The translations under genes and the position numbers were made by a program. From positions 1 to 64,000 of the forward strand of contig JAVRCV020000012.1 of assembly GCA_034530615.2 (NCBI GenBank): DNA of 64,000 nucleotides. The letters run 5' to 3'. Each line of letters begins with the position of its first letter. The stretch's first letter is position 1. Under the pieces are notes generated by a model, which did no database searches, was not told where the DNA came from, and saw nothing but the letters and a program-made list of their open reading frames with translations. This document shows, in pieces, positions 34,576 to 44,615 of the stretch. Source of the stretch: Aulosira sp. ZfuVER01 (lineage in GTDB: Bacteria; Cyanobacteriota; Cyanobacteriia; Cyanobacteriales; Nostocaceae).

Positions 34576-37545
34576 ATGACAAATCAAACGATATTTACAA
34601 ATCAGATACCTAGCGACACAAATGCCAGCTATAATGGCAATTCTTTTGAAGTGGGGATGAAATTCCGTAGCGCAATAGCTGGGCAAATTACAGCAATTCG
34701 CTTTTGGAAAGCGGACAGTGAAACTGGCAACCATACTGGCAATATTTGGTCAGCAACGGGTACTAAACTGGCAACTGTGAATTTTATTAATGAGACTGCA
34801 TCGGGTGGTTGGCAACAACAAAGTTTGGACGCGCCAATAAACATTCAAGCCAATACAACTTACATAGTCTCTGTCAATGCCAATAACCATTGGCCCCAAA
34901 CCTACCAAGGATTGGCAAACCCAATTGTCAATGGAGACCTTAGTTCGGTGGCTGACGGTAGCAATGGAGTCTATAGTGCTCCTAGTACCTTCCCAACCAA
35001 TACCTACCTCAACGCCAATTATTTCTGCGACATAGTATTTGTAAGTGTGACTGTACCCACGATTACCAGAGTCAGTGGTAATAATCAGAGTGGTGCCACA
35101 GGAGCTACCTTACCCAATCCATTAGTTGTTTTAATCAAAGACAATAATGGTAATCCTCAATCAGGTGTTCCAGTTAACTTTGCAGTTACCAGTGGCGGTG
35201 GTTCAATATCAACCACTAGTATATCCACTGATGGCAATGGTCAAGCGAGTACGATACTGACCCTAGGGCAAGCACCGGGTGCAGTAACTCCGGTGACAAA
35301 TACTGTCAGTGCAATGGCATCTGGCATTGGTAGCGTTACCTTCTCTGCCACAGCCATTCCTCCAAATGCTGGTAATAACCAAACGGTCTTGACAAATCAG
35401 ACACCCAGCAACCCAAATGCTACTGACGGCGGCAACTCATACGAAGTGGGTATGAAGTTCCGCAGTGCCAAGTCTGGGCAAATTCTAGCGATTCGTTTTT
35501 GGAAAGCGGCAGGCGAAATTGGCAGCCATATCGGCAAAATCTGGTCAGAAACTGGTTCTTGCTTGGCAACAGCTACTTTCAGCACTGAGACTACCTCAGG
35601 TTGGCAACAACAGACTCTAGATAATGGACCGCTTGTTATTGATGCCAACACTACCTACATAGTTTCCGTTAATGTTAACAGTAGTTGGGTTCAGTCATCC
35701 CAGGGATTAACAAACTCAATTATCAATGGGGATCTCAGTTCCTTAGCTGACGGTAACAACGGAATCTATGGTAGCCCAAATACCTTGCCAACTAGTACTT
35801 ACCAGAATGCCAATTATTTCTGTGACATATTATTTATTCCTGGTAGTAACTTAATTAAGGTAAGTGGTGATAATCAGGGAGGTCAGGTGGGAACGGCCTT
35901 ACTCAATCCTTTGGTTGTTCAGGTGAAAGACAATTTTGGGAATCCGCAGTCAGGAGCTACGGTTAATTTTACTATCACCAGCGGTGGTGGTTCCCTTTCT
36001 TATTCTATTGTACTTACTGATAGCAACGGTCAGGCGAGTACAGTGCTGACACTAGGGCTAACACCCAGTGGACCAATTGGTGCGATTGTCACTGCAACGA
36101 CTCCTGGCATAGGCAACGTGATCTTCACTGCCAGAGCTTTTACACAGCAACCCAATCCCATTGCTATTGAAAACCAAAAACTTGGTACTAATAGTTGGAA
36201 GATCACCAATCAGGCAGTTTCAGAGATTGCCGCCTATGCCACAACAACTAGTGTAAATAAGGGCGGCTCTTTGCCCATCAACGTTTCCCTGGCACAACCT
36301 GGAACTTTCTCAATCAACGTTTACCGTATAGGTTACTACGCCGGGAAAGGAGCAAGGCTGATAATGACCAGTGGAGTTATCAATGGCATTACTCAACCTA
36401 ACTTGATCACAGATCAAACAACTCGCCTTGTTGAGTCTAATTGGTCAACTTCTTACACAATAGCAGTGGGTGCTGATTGGACTAGTGGTCTGTACTTTGC
36501 CAACCTGACCGATCAAGGAACTGGCAAACAAACATCTGTGTGGTTTGTGGTGCGTGATGACAGCAGCAGATCTAAGATACTTTTCCAAAGTAGCTTTACC
36601 ACCTTCCTAGCTTATAACAACACTGGTGGTTACAGCTTGTACGCCTTTAATTCCATCGGTGGTCAACGAGCATTCAAAGTGTCCTACGACCGACCATTTG
36701 CCCAAACTTTGGGAGCAAATGAATACAACAGTTTATTTCGTTGGGAGTACAATTTGGTTCGCTGGTTGGAATCACAGGGATATGATGTCTCCTATATAAC
36801 TAACATGGATGTTCAATCTAACCCACAAATGCTACAGCAACATCAGGTATTTCTGTCAGCAGGTCATGATGAATACTGGTCGCTAGAAGAGCGTAATGCT
36901 GTTGAGCAAGCCCGCGATGCTGGAGTAAATTTAGCATTTTTCTCAGCTAATACCTGTTATTGGCGAGTGCGGTTCGAGAACTCTAATCGGATCATGGCTT
37001 GTTACAAAGAAGATTGGGCGCAAGATCCGGTTGCCCCAACGAACAAGTTCCGCAGTATACAAAATAATAGGCCTGAAAACGCATTAATTGGCGTGATGTA
37101 TTCAGGTGCCACAATAGGCGTCTACAGTGGGTTTGACTTTGTTGTCACTAATAGTTCTGACCCTTACTATGCTCACACCAATCTCAACAATGGTGAGAAA
37201 CTGAGTCTTTTGGTAGGCTTTGAATTTGATACCGTTGTCAACAACGGGTTTAGTCCACAGGGGTTGCAAGTTTTGTCACAATCGCCTGTCAACCCAGATG
37301 GCGAAATTGACCAAGATCTTCCTCCAGGAACCGATTTCCTACACTCCTGTGCTGTCCGCTATACTGCCGCTAGCGGTGCTAAAGTCTTTTCAACTGCTTC
37401 TATTCAATGGATGTGGGGACTCGACAGCGATGGTGTTGGCGGACCGAATCGTGTAGATACTCGCGTCAAGCAAATTGCTGTTAACGTCTTGGCAGATATG
37501 GGCGTCAAACCAGTGACTCCAGATCCCAACATCATTGTGCTTTAA
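34576..37545 (+). CDS. Multidomain protein: 2x(DUF4082 + Ig-like Big_1) + N,N-dimethylformamidase beta-subunit-like domain
   Basis: EVGMKFRS..GQI.AIRFWKA...NYFCDI.F twice; SG.NQ.G..G..L.NPLVV twice; IENQKLG, AYNNTGG, GHDEYWS, WRVRFE. Confidence 0.8.
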   Translation: MTNQTIFTNQIPSDTNASYNGNSFEVGMKFRSAIAGQITAIRFWKADSETGNHTGNIWSATGTKLATVNFINETASGGWQQQSLDAPINIQANTTYIVSVNANNHWPQTYQGLANPIVNGDLSSVADGSNGVYSAPSTFPTNTYLNANYFCDIVFVSVTVPTITRVSGNNQSGATGATLPNPLVVLIKDNNGNPQSGVPVNFAVTSGGGSISTTSISTDGNGQASTILTLGQAPGAVTPVTNTVSAMASGIGSVTFSATAIPPNAGNNQTVLTNQTPSNPNATDGGNSYEVGMKFRSAKSGQILAIRFWKAAGEIGSHIGKIWSETGSCLATATFSTETTSGWQQQTLDNGPLVIDANTTYIVSVNVNSSWVQSSQGLTNSIINGDLSSLADGNNGIYGSPNTLPTSTYQNANYFCDILFIPGSNLIKVSGDNQGGQVGTALLNPLVVQVKDNFGNPQSGATVNFTITSGGGSLSYSIVLTDSNGQASTVLTLGLTPSGPIGAIVTATTPGIGNVIFTARAFTQQPNPIAIENQKLGTNSWKITNQAVSEIAAYATTTSVNKGGSLPINVSLAQPGTFSINVYRIGYYAGKGARLIMTSGVINGITQPNLITDQTTRLVESNWSTSYTIAVGADWTSGLYFANLTDQGTGKQTSVWFVVRDDSSRSKILFQSSFTTFLAYNNTGGYSLYAFNSIGGQRAFKVSYDRPFAQTLGANEYNSLFRWEYNLVRWLESQGYDVSYITNMDVQSNPQMLQQHQVFLSAGHDEYWSLEERNAVEQARDAGVNLAFFSANTCYWRVRFENSNRIMACYKEDWAQDPVAPTNKFRSIQNNRPENALIGVMYSGATIGVYSGFDFVVTNSSDPYYAHTNLNNGEKLSLLVGFEFDTVVNNGFSPQGLQVLSQSPVNPDGEIDQDLPPGTDFLHSCAVRYTAASGAKVFSTASIQWMWGLDSDGVGGPNRVDTRVKQIAVNVLADMGVKPVTPDPNIIVL

Positions 37546-37654
37546 AAACAGTCTGGGGGCGGGAAGCAAATTGTTATCCCCGCCACAAAATATTGCCAGT
37601 ATCTAGTTAACAAAAACTAATATTGTTGTCATCCTGCTACAGGGAAGGATATTT

Positions 37655-38617
37655 ATGTATTTGAGACTTAGACGCAGACGATTTGGTCAGTTAGTAATTG
37701 CGAGTGCCGCAACAACTGCACTCGCTAACTTTGGAGGTAAGACGGTTGCACAGAATTTCAACTATCCTTTGGGAATACGAACTGCTTCAAACAAAAATGG
37801 ACAGAACATTGACTTAGAAAACACAACTCCACCAGTTACCTTACTATCTCTAGACTTAACGACTGGTATCGAGACATTAGATACTGAAATCTCATCTACA
37901 GCAGTTGATAACAAAAATGAAATAATACAGATTGCCAATAAAGCTGTATTTACTCAATCCACTCAGCGGATAACTGGTTTATCTGCTCTATCTGATGGCA
38001 CAATTATTGCCTGTACTGTAGGAACAGATAAAAAAGGCAATTACAATCAGATACTATTTATCAATCGTAAATCTAAATTGGGGCAAACCAAAAAATTATC
38101 TGGATTTAAAAAAACTAATACTACGATTGAAGGTTTGTTGGCAACAAAGGATGATCAAATTATTGCTATAGCTAGTCTTAATGAAGGCAGTCCTCCTTTT
38201 CATTTTTTAATAATTGACCCAAAAAATGGCAAAGTCAGTCCTGCTGATCAGTTAGCTCTACCTGAACTTCCCAAAGATTTGCGGTTAGGCAATCTTGCTC
38301 TAAACTCGGATGGAAAATTTTATGCTACCACTCTCGGTCGTGAAGGTAGTACAACTTTAGTGCAGCTAGATCCGCAAAAAAAGTCGGTGATGACTGGCAG
38401 AATATTGATTACCAAGCTGGCAGAATTGAGCTATAACAAAAAGCCTTTGGTAAATGACTTGCTCGGCTTAAGCGTGTCTCCATCAGGACAACTTATTGCA
38501 CTTGCTAAACTTGACAAAAATAACAAAAATTCTCTTTTAGCTGTAGATCCAAAAACAGGACAATTGACCCTATTGTCAAAAGTCATGGTAGATAAAATTG
38601 TATTTCCCCGTCAATAG
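37655..38617 (+). CDS. Putative Tat-exported beta-rich hypothetical protein
   Basis: RRRRFG followed by a hydrophobic stretch and TVA-Q; repeated ..DPK.G.. blade-like motifs. Confidence 0.65.
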   Translation: MYLRLRRRRFGQLVIASAATTALANFGGKTVAQNFNYPLGIRTASNKNGQNIDLENTTPPVTLLSLDLTTGIETLDTEISSTAVDNKNEIIQIANKAVFTQSTQRITGLSALSDGTIIACTVGTDKKGNYNQILFINRKSKLGQTKKLSGFKKTNTTIEGLLATKDDQIIAIASLNEGSPPFHFLIIDPKNGKVSPADQLALPELPKDLRLGNLALNSDGKFYATTLGREGSTTLVQLDPQKKSVMTGRILITKLAELSYNKKPLVNDLLGLSVSPSGQLIALAKLDKNNKNSLLAVDPKTGQLTLLSKVMVDKIVFPRQ

Positions 38618-38765
38618 TAACAGTGTAAAATAAAAAAATCTGGCGAAAAAGAAATACTTCACAACAACAGTACCTTTGCCAAAATAAGAGGTTATAAAAA
38701 TCTTGGCAAAAATGGCAAAATAAGCCATAAATAGTCGTTTAGCTTACAAGGTAGGATGCAAAATT

Positions 38766-39563
38766 ATGGATTTAGCAACTAGAAATTTTGATAACACTAA
38801 GAATAAGCAGTCAATAAGTATTATTGTTCCATGTTTTAATGAGTCTGAAGGAATCGAAGCTTTAAAGAAAAAAATTCTGCCGAGATTGGCAGACTTGCGT
38901 TTATTAGGAACTGTTGAACTTATTTGTGTTGATGATGGCAGCACTGACGATACTTTTTCAAAACTACAGCAATACTTGGGTAAACATGCTCAAATAATCC
39001 GTCATCCAAAAAACAAAGGTTTATCAGCGGCAATCAGAACCGGGATATTGCACTCCACTGGCAATATTATCTGCACTCTAGATAGCGACTGCACTTATGA
39101 TCCTAAGCAGCTGATTGCTCTTTTAGATTTAATGAGTCCAGGTGTTGATATTGTCACAGCATCTCCATACCATCCAGAAGGTAGAGTAAAAAATGTCTCA
39201 GCTTGGCGTTTATTTCTAAGTAAAGGTTTGTCACAGCTTTATAGATTAGTATTGCCACAACGGCTATACACTTATACAAGTATGTTCCGAGCATATCGTC
39301 GAGAAGTTTTGGAAAGTGTGCCAATTACCCATCCAGGATTTCTTGGTATGGTAGAGATTTTAGCCGAAGCAATGTTGCGCGGGTATAAAGTGGTTGAGTA
39401 TCCAGCAGAATTGAGTATCCGAGTGTTCGGACAGTCAAAGTTGCGTGTAGCCAGAGTGATTTGGAGTCATTTAAAGTACATTAGCAAGCTTATTTTTCGT
39501 CAGATTCTTCAACAAAAAAAATCCCAAATTGATGTATTAGAAATTACTAAAAACAACTATTAA
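38766..39563 (+). CDS. GT2 polyprenol-phosphate glycosyltransferase (DPM1/ArnC-like)
   Basis: IIVPCFNE, VDDGSTD, HPKNKGLSAAIRTG, LDSDCTY, FRAYRRE, RVFGQSK. Confidence 0.85.
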   Translation: MDLATRNFDNTKNKQSISIIVPCFNESEGIEALKKKILPRLADLRLLGTVELICVDDGSTDDTFSKLQQYLGKHAQIIRHPKNKGLSAAIRTGILHSTGNIICTLDSDCTYDPKQLIALLDLMSPGVDIVTASPYHPEGRVKNVSAWRLFLSKGLSQLYRLVLPQRLYTYTSMFRAYRREVLESVPITHPGFLGMVEILAEAMLRGYKVVEYPAELSIRVFGQSKLRVARVIWSHLKYISKLIFRQILQQKKSQIDVLEITKNNY

Positions 39564-39603
39564 ACGCTTCAAATGTAATATACAAAAAAAGAGGACTGAC
39601 CGC

Positions 39604-40887
39604 GTGTCTGACACTGTAATTAAAGTTGAAAACATAAGTAAAAAATACATCATTAGTCATCAGCAAAACGAACCGTATAAGTCTTTGCGAGATGTCATCA
39701 GCAATGCAAGCAAATCTGTTGTTAATAGACTTTTTACACCAAGCAGGAAAAAATTTCATAATCATGTTTATGAAAATTTTTGGGCGTTGAAGGATGTTTC
39801 TTTTGAAGTAAAGCAAGGTGATTGTCTTGGTATTATTGGACGCAATGGAGCAGGAAAATCGACTTTATTAAAAATTCTTAGCAGAATTACGGAAGCAACT
39901 CAAGGCAAAATTTTAATCAAGGGTCGAGTTGCAAGTTTGCTGGAAGTAGGAACAGGTTTTCACCCAGAACTTACTGGTAGAGAGAATATTTTTCTCAATG
40001 GTGCTATTTTGGGCATGAGCAAGGCAGAAATTAAACGCAAATTTGATGAAATTGTATATTTTGCAGAAGTAGAGAAGTTTTTAGATACACCTGTGAAGCG
40101 CTATTCTTCAGGTATGTATGTGCGTTTAGCATTCGCTGTAGCTGCTCATTTGGAACCAGAAATTTTAATTGTGGATGAAGTGCTGGCAGTAGGCGATACC
40201 CAGTTTCAGAAAAAGTGTTTGGGAAAGATGGGGGATATCTCAGGTAAGGAAGGAAGAACAGTTTTATTTGTAAGTCATAGTATGTCGGCTGTGCAAACCC
40301 TCTGCCAAAAAGCAGTTGCACTTGAAGCCGGAAGAGTGACGATAATTGACAACGTAGAAAAGGCAATTGCTAAATACTTAAGCAATAGCTCGAAGAATCT
40401 TGAGGAGCATACTGTCCGCTTTCAAAAACCACTAAATGCTCCTCTGTGGATAGAGTCAGTGGCAATTCTTTGTAAGAATAGACCTGTAAACCAGCTTTTG
40501 ATGGGAGAAACTTTGTCTTTAGAAATAACTTTTTGCTCAGAGACTCCCACACAAGATCCCAAAATTGGATTTGTCATCTATTCAATGCATGGATCACCTC
40601 TATTGAACGCAAACAATCGCTATCAAGTTTCAGAACAGCTATCTGTTCCAGTGAACAGAGGCAGAATTATATGTGAAATTGGTATGTTACCTTTAGCAGA
40701 AGGATATTATTCTATTTCTTTTTGGTTTGGTGACACAAAAAATGACTATCACCGCATAGATCATCCATTATCATTTGAAGTTATTGGACGCGATATTTGG
40801 GGGAATGGACAACTTCCTCCACGTAATTTTTCCCCATTGTGGTGGCCGACAAAATTTAGTTTTTCCAGCCTTACTGAAACTTTATAG
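39604..40887 (+). CDS. wzt: ABC polysaccharide export ATPase with C-terminal Wzt_C domain
   Basis: GRNGAGKST, YSSGMYVRLAF, LIVDEVL; ~150-aa C-terminal beta domain. Confidence 0.95.
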   Translation: MSDTVIKVENISKKYIISHQQNEPYKSLRDVISNASKSVVNRLFTPSRKKFHNHVYENFWALKDVSFEVKQGDCLGIIGRNGAGKSTLLKILSRITEATQGKILIKGRVASLLEVGTGFHPELTGRENIFLNGAILGMSKAEIKRKFDEIVYFAEVEKFLDTPVKRYSSGMYVRLAFAVAAHLEPEILIVDEVLAVGDTQFQKKCLGKMGDISGKEGRTVLFVSHSMSAVQTLCQKAVALEAGRVTIIDNVEKAIAKYLSNSSKNLEEHTVRFQKPLNAPLWIESVAILCKNRPVNQLLMGETLSLEITFCSETPTQDPKIGFVIYSMHGSPLLNANNRYQVSEQLSVPVNRGRIICEIGMLPLAEGYYSISFWFGDTKNDYHRIDHPLSFEVIGRDIWGNGQLPPRNFSPLWWPTKFSFSSLTETL

Positions 40888-40895
40888 AGTGGAAA

Positions 40896-41825
40896 ATGAA
40901 GTATATGCAAATTAAAAGTCCACTAACAAATTCTTTAAATGTAGTTTTAGAGCAAGAGATAGAGGTTAATTCTATCGTTAAAGGATATCAGGATTGGCTA
41001 CAAATTGATGTCAGTCGATATTTTGGTGAACTAAAGCACATCCAAATATATAGATGTAATGATACGGGGTACAGATTTTATTACCCATCTAATCTTGAAG
41101 GAGACGAAGAACTTTACATAAAATTACAAAACTTCCCTTGGTACTATGTAGATTGGAAATGGGAATACGAGATAGTAAGTAAAGCGATTTTATCCAAGGA
41201 TCCAGTTTTGGAGATAGGTTGCGGCAGAGGCGTATTTATTGACAAGATGCAGCAAACAGGGGCAATCTGTCGAGGTCTGGAATTGAACGAATCTGCTGCT
41301 AAAAGGGGAAGAGAAAAAGGATTAGATATCTTCATGGAAACCATTGAAAAACATGCAAAAAATAATTTCGGCAAATACGATGTTGTAATTTCTTTTCAAG
41401 TGTTAGAGCATGTTTTCAATGTTAGGGAATTTTTGCAATCATCTATAGAAGTTTTGAAGCCTGAAGGTAAATTAATAATTTGTGTACCCAACAATGATTC
41501 ATTTGTAAAATATGCAAAAGGCTGGGTGACAAATATGCCACCTCACCATATGGGATTGTGGAATGAAGAATCTCTAAAAAGTATTCAAAATTTGTTTCCT
41601 GTTAAAGTAACGAAAGTTTATTTTGAACCTTTAAGTACCTATGATTGGTACTATCATGTCCATAGCGAAATTATTTTGAGTTTTTTGGATAATAGAAATA
41701 AAATACTAGGGCGAATTGTACGAAGGTTATCTAGAATTATTCGTGATCCTTCTATAGCTTTATTAAAAATTTTTAGTAAACTCATCCACTCTCACTCAAT
41801 AATTGTTGAGTTTACAAAACTGTAA
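40896..41825 (+). CDS. Class I SAM methyltransferase
   Basis: VLEIGCGRG, FQVLEH, PPHH. Confidence 0.88.
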   Translation: MKYMQIKSPLTNSLNVVLEQEIEVNSIVKGYQDWLQIDVSRYFGELKHIQIYRCNDTGYRFYYPSNLEGDEELYIKLQNFPWYYVDWKWEYEIVSKAILSKDPVLEIGCGRGVFIDKMQQTGAICRGLELNESAAKRGREKGLDIFMETIEKHAKNNFGKYDVVISFQVLEHVFNVREFLQSSIEVLKPEGKLIICVPNNDSFVKYAKGWVTNMPPHHMGLWNEESLKSIQNLFPVKVTKVYFEPLSTYDWYYHVHSEIILSFLDNRNKILGRIVRRLSRIIRDPSIALLKIFSKLIHSHSIIVEFTKL

Positions 41826-41880
41826 CTTGCAATAAACAATTTTTTTGCTTAGAACTGTAAGCTTATAGCCAGTTATTTCT

Positions 41881-43143
41881 ATGAAAGTAGGATTTTGCAC
41901 ATATGATGCTCCAGGATTTACTGGAGGACCAAACTCATGGCTTAGACGCTTATTACCTTCTTTAAGGGTAGCTGGTATTGAGGTATGGGTATTATTTTTT
42001 ATTGATAGTAATGAATTAGAAAATTGCTCTTGCGTTCAAGATTTGTCTAAACAAGGTATTAAATGTGATTTTTTTCCCTGGCAAACTACTACAGAACAGA
42101 AAATTCATTGGCTTCTTTCAAAGCTAGCTGAAGATCCACCAGATGTATTTGTCCCAAACATGCTAGTCTCAGCTTTCTATGCTAGTCGCTGGGTTAGGGA
42201 AGCAGGTATACCAACTATTGGGATTTTGCACTCTGATGATGAGTTTTATTGGGGTATTTTAAAAGAATTTGTTTTCAGTAGAGCTTCTTACAGATTGTCT
42301 GCCCTAGTTTGTGTATCACAATTTTTAACACAAAAAGTCATTAGTTTAGGAAATACTTCAGATCTGATTAGGCAAATTCCCTATGGCGTATCTCTCCCTA
42401 AACAGGTTGCTCGACCTCCCCTAGAAAGAATGAGGTTGATCTATGTCGGTCGTTTAGTAGAAGAACAAAAACAAATATCGCAAGTCACCTCTGCCTTGTG
42501 TCGTGCAGTTAGAGAAGTACCTAACACAGAAGCGGTAATCTTCGGAGATGGTCCAGCAAAAGCTAATGTTGAAAAAATCCTTGCTGAACAGGGCAAAGGA
42601 TTATCAATAAAATTTGCTGGATTAGTTGATAATTCTCAAATTCAAGAAAAGATGCTAGAGTCTCATGTCTTGGTTTTATTATCAGACTATGAGGGCTTAC
42701 CCATTGCGCTGATGGAAGCTATGGCCTGCGGTTTAGTTCCTATATGCCTGCAAATACAGAGTGGCATACCAGAGTTAGTAGAAGATGAATTTACTGGCTT
42801 GCTAGTAAATGACAGAAATCATGAGTTTATTGCTGCTGTTCAACGCTTAAGGAATGAAGTCGGACTTTGGGAAAGATTGTCTATATCTGCCCGTGCCAAA
42901 ATTGAGGCTTCTTACTCAAATGAAGTTTGTATAACTCGCTGGGTGAGTTTACTATCAGAAATAAATAGTAAGACCCAAAGCAGAAAAGCCATTAGAAAAC
43001 CTTGTTGGCTAGCGTTACCATCTGTTAATTCTGCCTTGGCAAGAGAAGATAGACGCCAACCTCGTTTTGCAATGAGAATTTTAGGCAAAATACGCCGAAT
43101 AGTTAGCAACCTTAAACGTAGAACTATTGTAAATCGACGATAG
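41881..43143 (+). CDS. GT4 glycosyltransferase
   Basis: YVGRL...QK, EGLPIALMEAMACG. Confidence 0.92.
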   Translation: MKVGFCTYDAPGFTGGPNSWLRRLLPSLRVAGIEVWVLFFIDSNELENCSCVQDLSKQGIKCDFFPWQTTTEQKIHWLLSKLAEDPPDVFVPNMLVSAFYASRWVREAGIPTIGILHSDDEFYWGILKEFVFSRASYRLSALVCVSQFLTQKVISLGNTSDLIRQIPYGVSLPKQVARPPLERMRLIYVGRLVEEQKQISQVTSALCRAVREVPNTEAVIFGDGPAKANVEKILAEQGKGLSIKFAGLVDNSQIQEKMLESHVLVLLSDYEGLPIALMEAMACGLVPICLQIQSGIPELVEDEFTGLLVNDRNHEFIAAVQRLRNEVGLWERLSISARAKIEASYSNEVCITRWVSLLSEINSKTQSRKAIRKPCWLALPSVNSALAREDRRQPRFAMRILGKIRRIVSNLKRRTIVNRR

Positions 43144-43202
43144 CAAGCTTTTGTAAAGCTTTATAGTCTCCTTTATATCAGTAATATTATATTTTGTGAA
43201 AA

Positions 43203-44363
43203 ATGACGAGAATTGCAATTATTTCGACCATGTCAGGTTTCCCTTGGGGAGGTAGTGAATATCTATGGGCAAAAATGGCAGAACAATCATTGTTAGAAGG
43301 ACATGAAGTTTTTCTCTCAATTTATGATTGGTCGGTTAATCATCCAGTAATTATCCAACTACAACAGCAAGGTGCTAAACTACTCCCTCGACCTCGATTT
43401 TCTAAAGCTAACTTAATATCAAGAATTTCTAGAAGAATTATTGATAAATTGCCATTATTAAACTCTTCATATTCTCTATCAGATTACCAAGCCGTTATTG
43501 ACTGTCAACCTGATGTTATATGTATTAATGAAGGACATGTTTACAATGGTGTTTATGAACCTAATTTGATAAGTTTACTAAATACCAGTTCAATTCCTTA
43601 CTTGATAGTGAGTCAGTTAAATGAGGAGAATTGCAAACTGGATAGCAACGCTCGCACATCTGCTGAAAAATTATTTTCTTCAGCCTCGTATCATGTGTTT
43701 GTTTCACATCACAATCTTAAACTAACTGAACGACAACTAGCTCAATCCTTACCAAATGCCGTGGTTCTACAAAACCCTGTGAACTTATCTGATCTCAGTA
43801 AGGTTCCTTGGCCGTTTCAATCAACAATCTGTTTTGCTAGTGTAGCTCGACTAGAAGTAGGCTTCAAAGGTCAAGACATTCTTTTTGAAATCCTTAGTTC
43901 ACCAATCTGGCAACAGAGAGACTGGCAATGTAATCTATATGGATCAGGACCTGATCAGGCTTATCTTGAGGATTTAACTTATCATTACGGCATTGCTGAC
44001 AAGATAAAATTTATGGGTCACCTTAATGATATTCGGTCAATTTGGTCAGATAACCATATATTATTGTTACCTTCAAGAGCAGAGGGTACACCTCTAGCAT
44101 TGATTGAGGCAATGTTGTGCGGTCGTCCTGCCGTTGTTACTGATGTAGGAGGTAATGCCGAATGGATTGAAGATGAGCAGACTGGATTCATTGCAGAGGC
44201 ACCTACACCTAAATCATTCAATGCTGCTTTGGATAGGGCATGGTTAGCTCAGAACAACTGGAAGCAGATGGGTATAAAAGCTCACGAATATGCAACTTCT
44301 AAGCTTGATTACTCGCCTGGGAAAAGCTTGCTCAAACTAGTTCTGGAAACTTCAAAAATATAA
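43203..44363 (+). CDS. GT4 glycosyltransferase
   Basis: WGGSE, VARL..FKGQD, EGTPLALIEAMLCG. Confidence 0.92.
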   Translation: MTRIAIISTMSGFPWGGSEYLWAKMAEQSLLEGHEVFLSIYDWSVNHPVIIQLQQQGAKLLPRPRFSKANLISRISRRIIDKLPLLNSSYSLSDYQAVIDCQPDVICINEGHVYNGVYEPNLISLLNTSSIPYLIVSQLNEENCKLDSNARTSAEKLFSSASYHVFVSHHNLKLTERQLAQSLPNAVVLQNPVNLSDLSKVPWPFQSTICFASVARLEVGFKGQDILFEILSSPIWQQRDWQCNLYGSGPDQAYLEDLTYHYGIADKIKFMGHLNDIRSIWSDNHILLLPSRAEGTPLALIEAMLCGRPAVVTDVGGNAEWIEDEQTGFIAEAPTPKSFNAALDRAWLAQNNWKQMGIKAHEYATSKLDYSPGKSLLKLVLETSKI

Positions 44364-44429
44364 TTTTATTTTATGCCACCTATTGTGAGCGTTATCATCT
44401 GTACCGATAATCTTCGACGCAATTACCTT
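44246..44429 (+). repeat. Direct repeat copy 1 (~184 bp)
   Basis: AGCTCAGAACAACTG...AATTACCTT, near-identical to 45416-45598. Confidence 0.92.
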
Positions 44430-44437
44430 GAAATTGA

Positions 44438-44486
44438 AAGCGATCACTTTGTGATTGAAAAACTTAAAATCACAAAGTGATCGCTT
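44438..44486. repeat. 19-bp perfect inverted repeat
   Basis: AAGCGATCACTTTGTGATT-N11-AATCACAAAGTGATCGCTT. Confidence 0.85.
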
Positions 44487-44615
44487 GCTACTTCACTTAG
44501 ATAAATTAGAAAATAGCTCAAAACTGTCAGGCGATAGAAAAATAGTGAGGTTTTCCATAACTTGATAAGCCTCCTTTTACAAATAACGACTTGTCATTAA
44601 TTAGATTAACGAATT

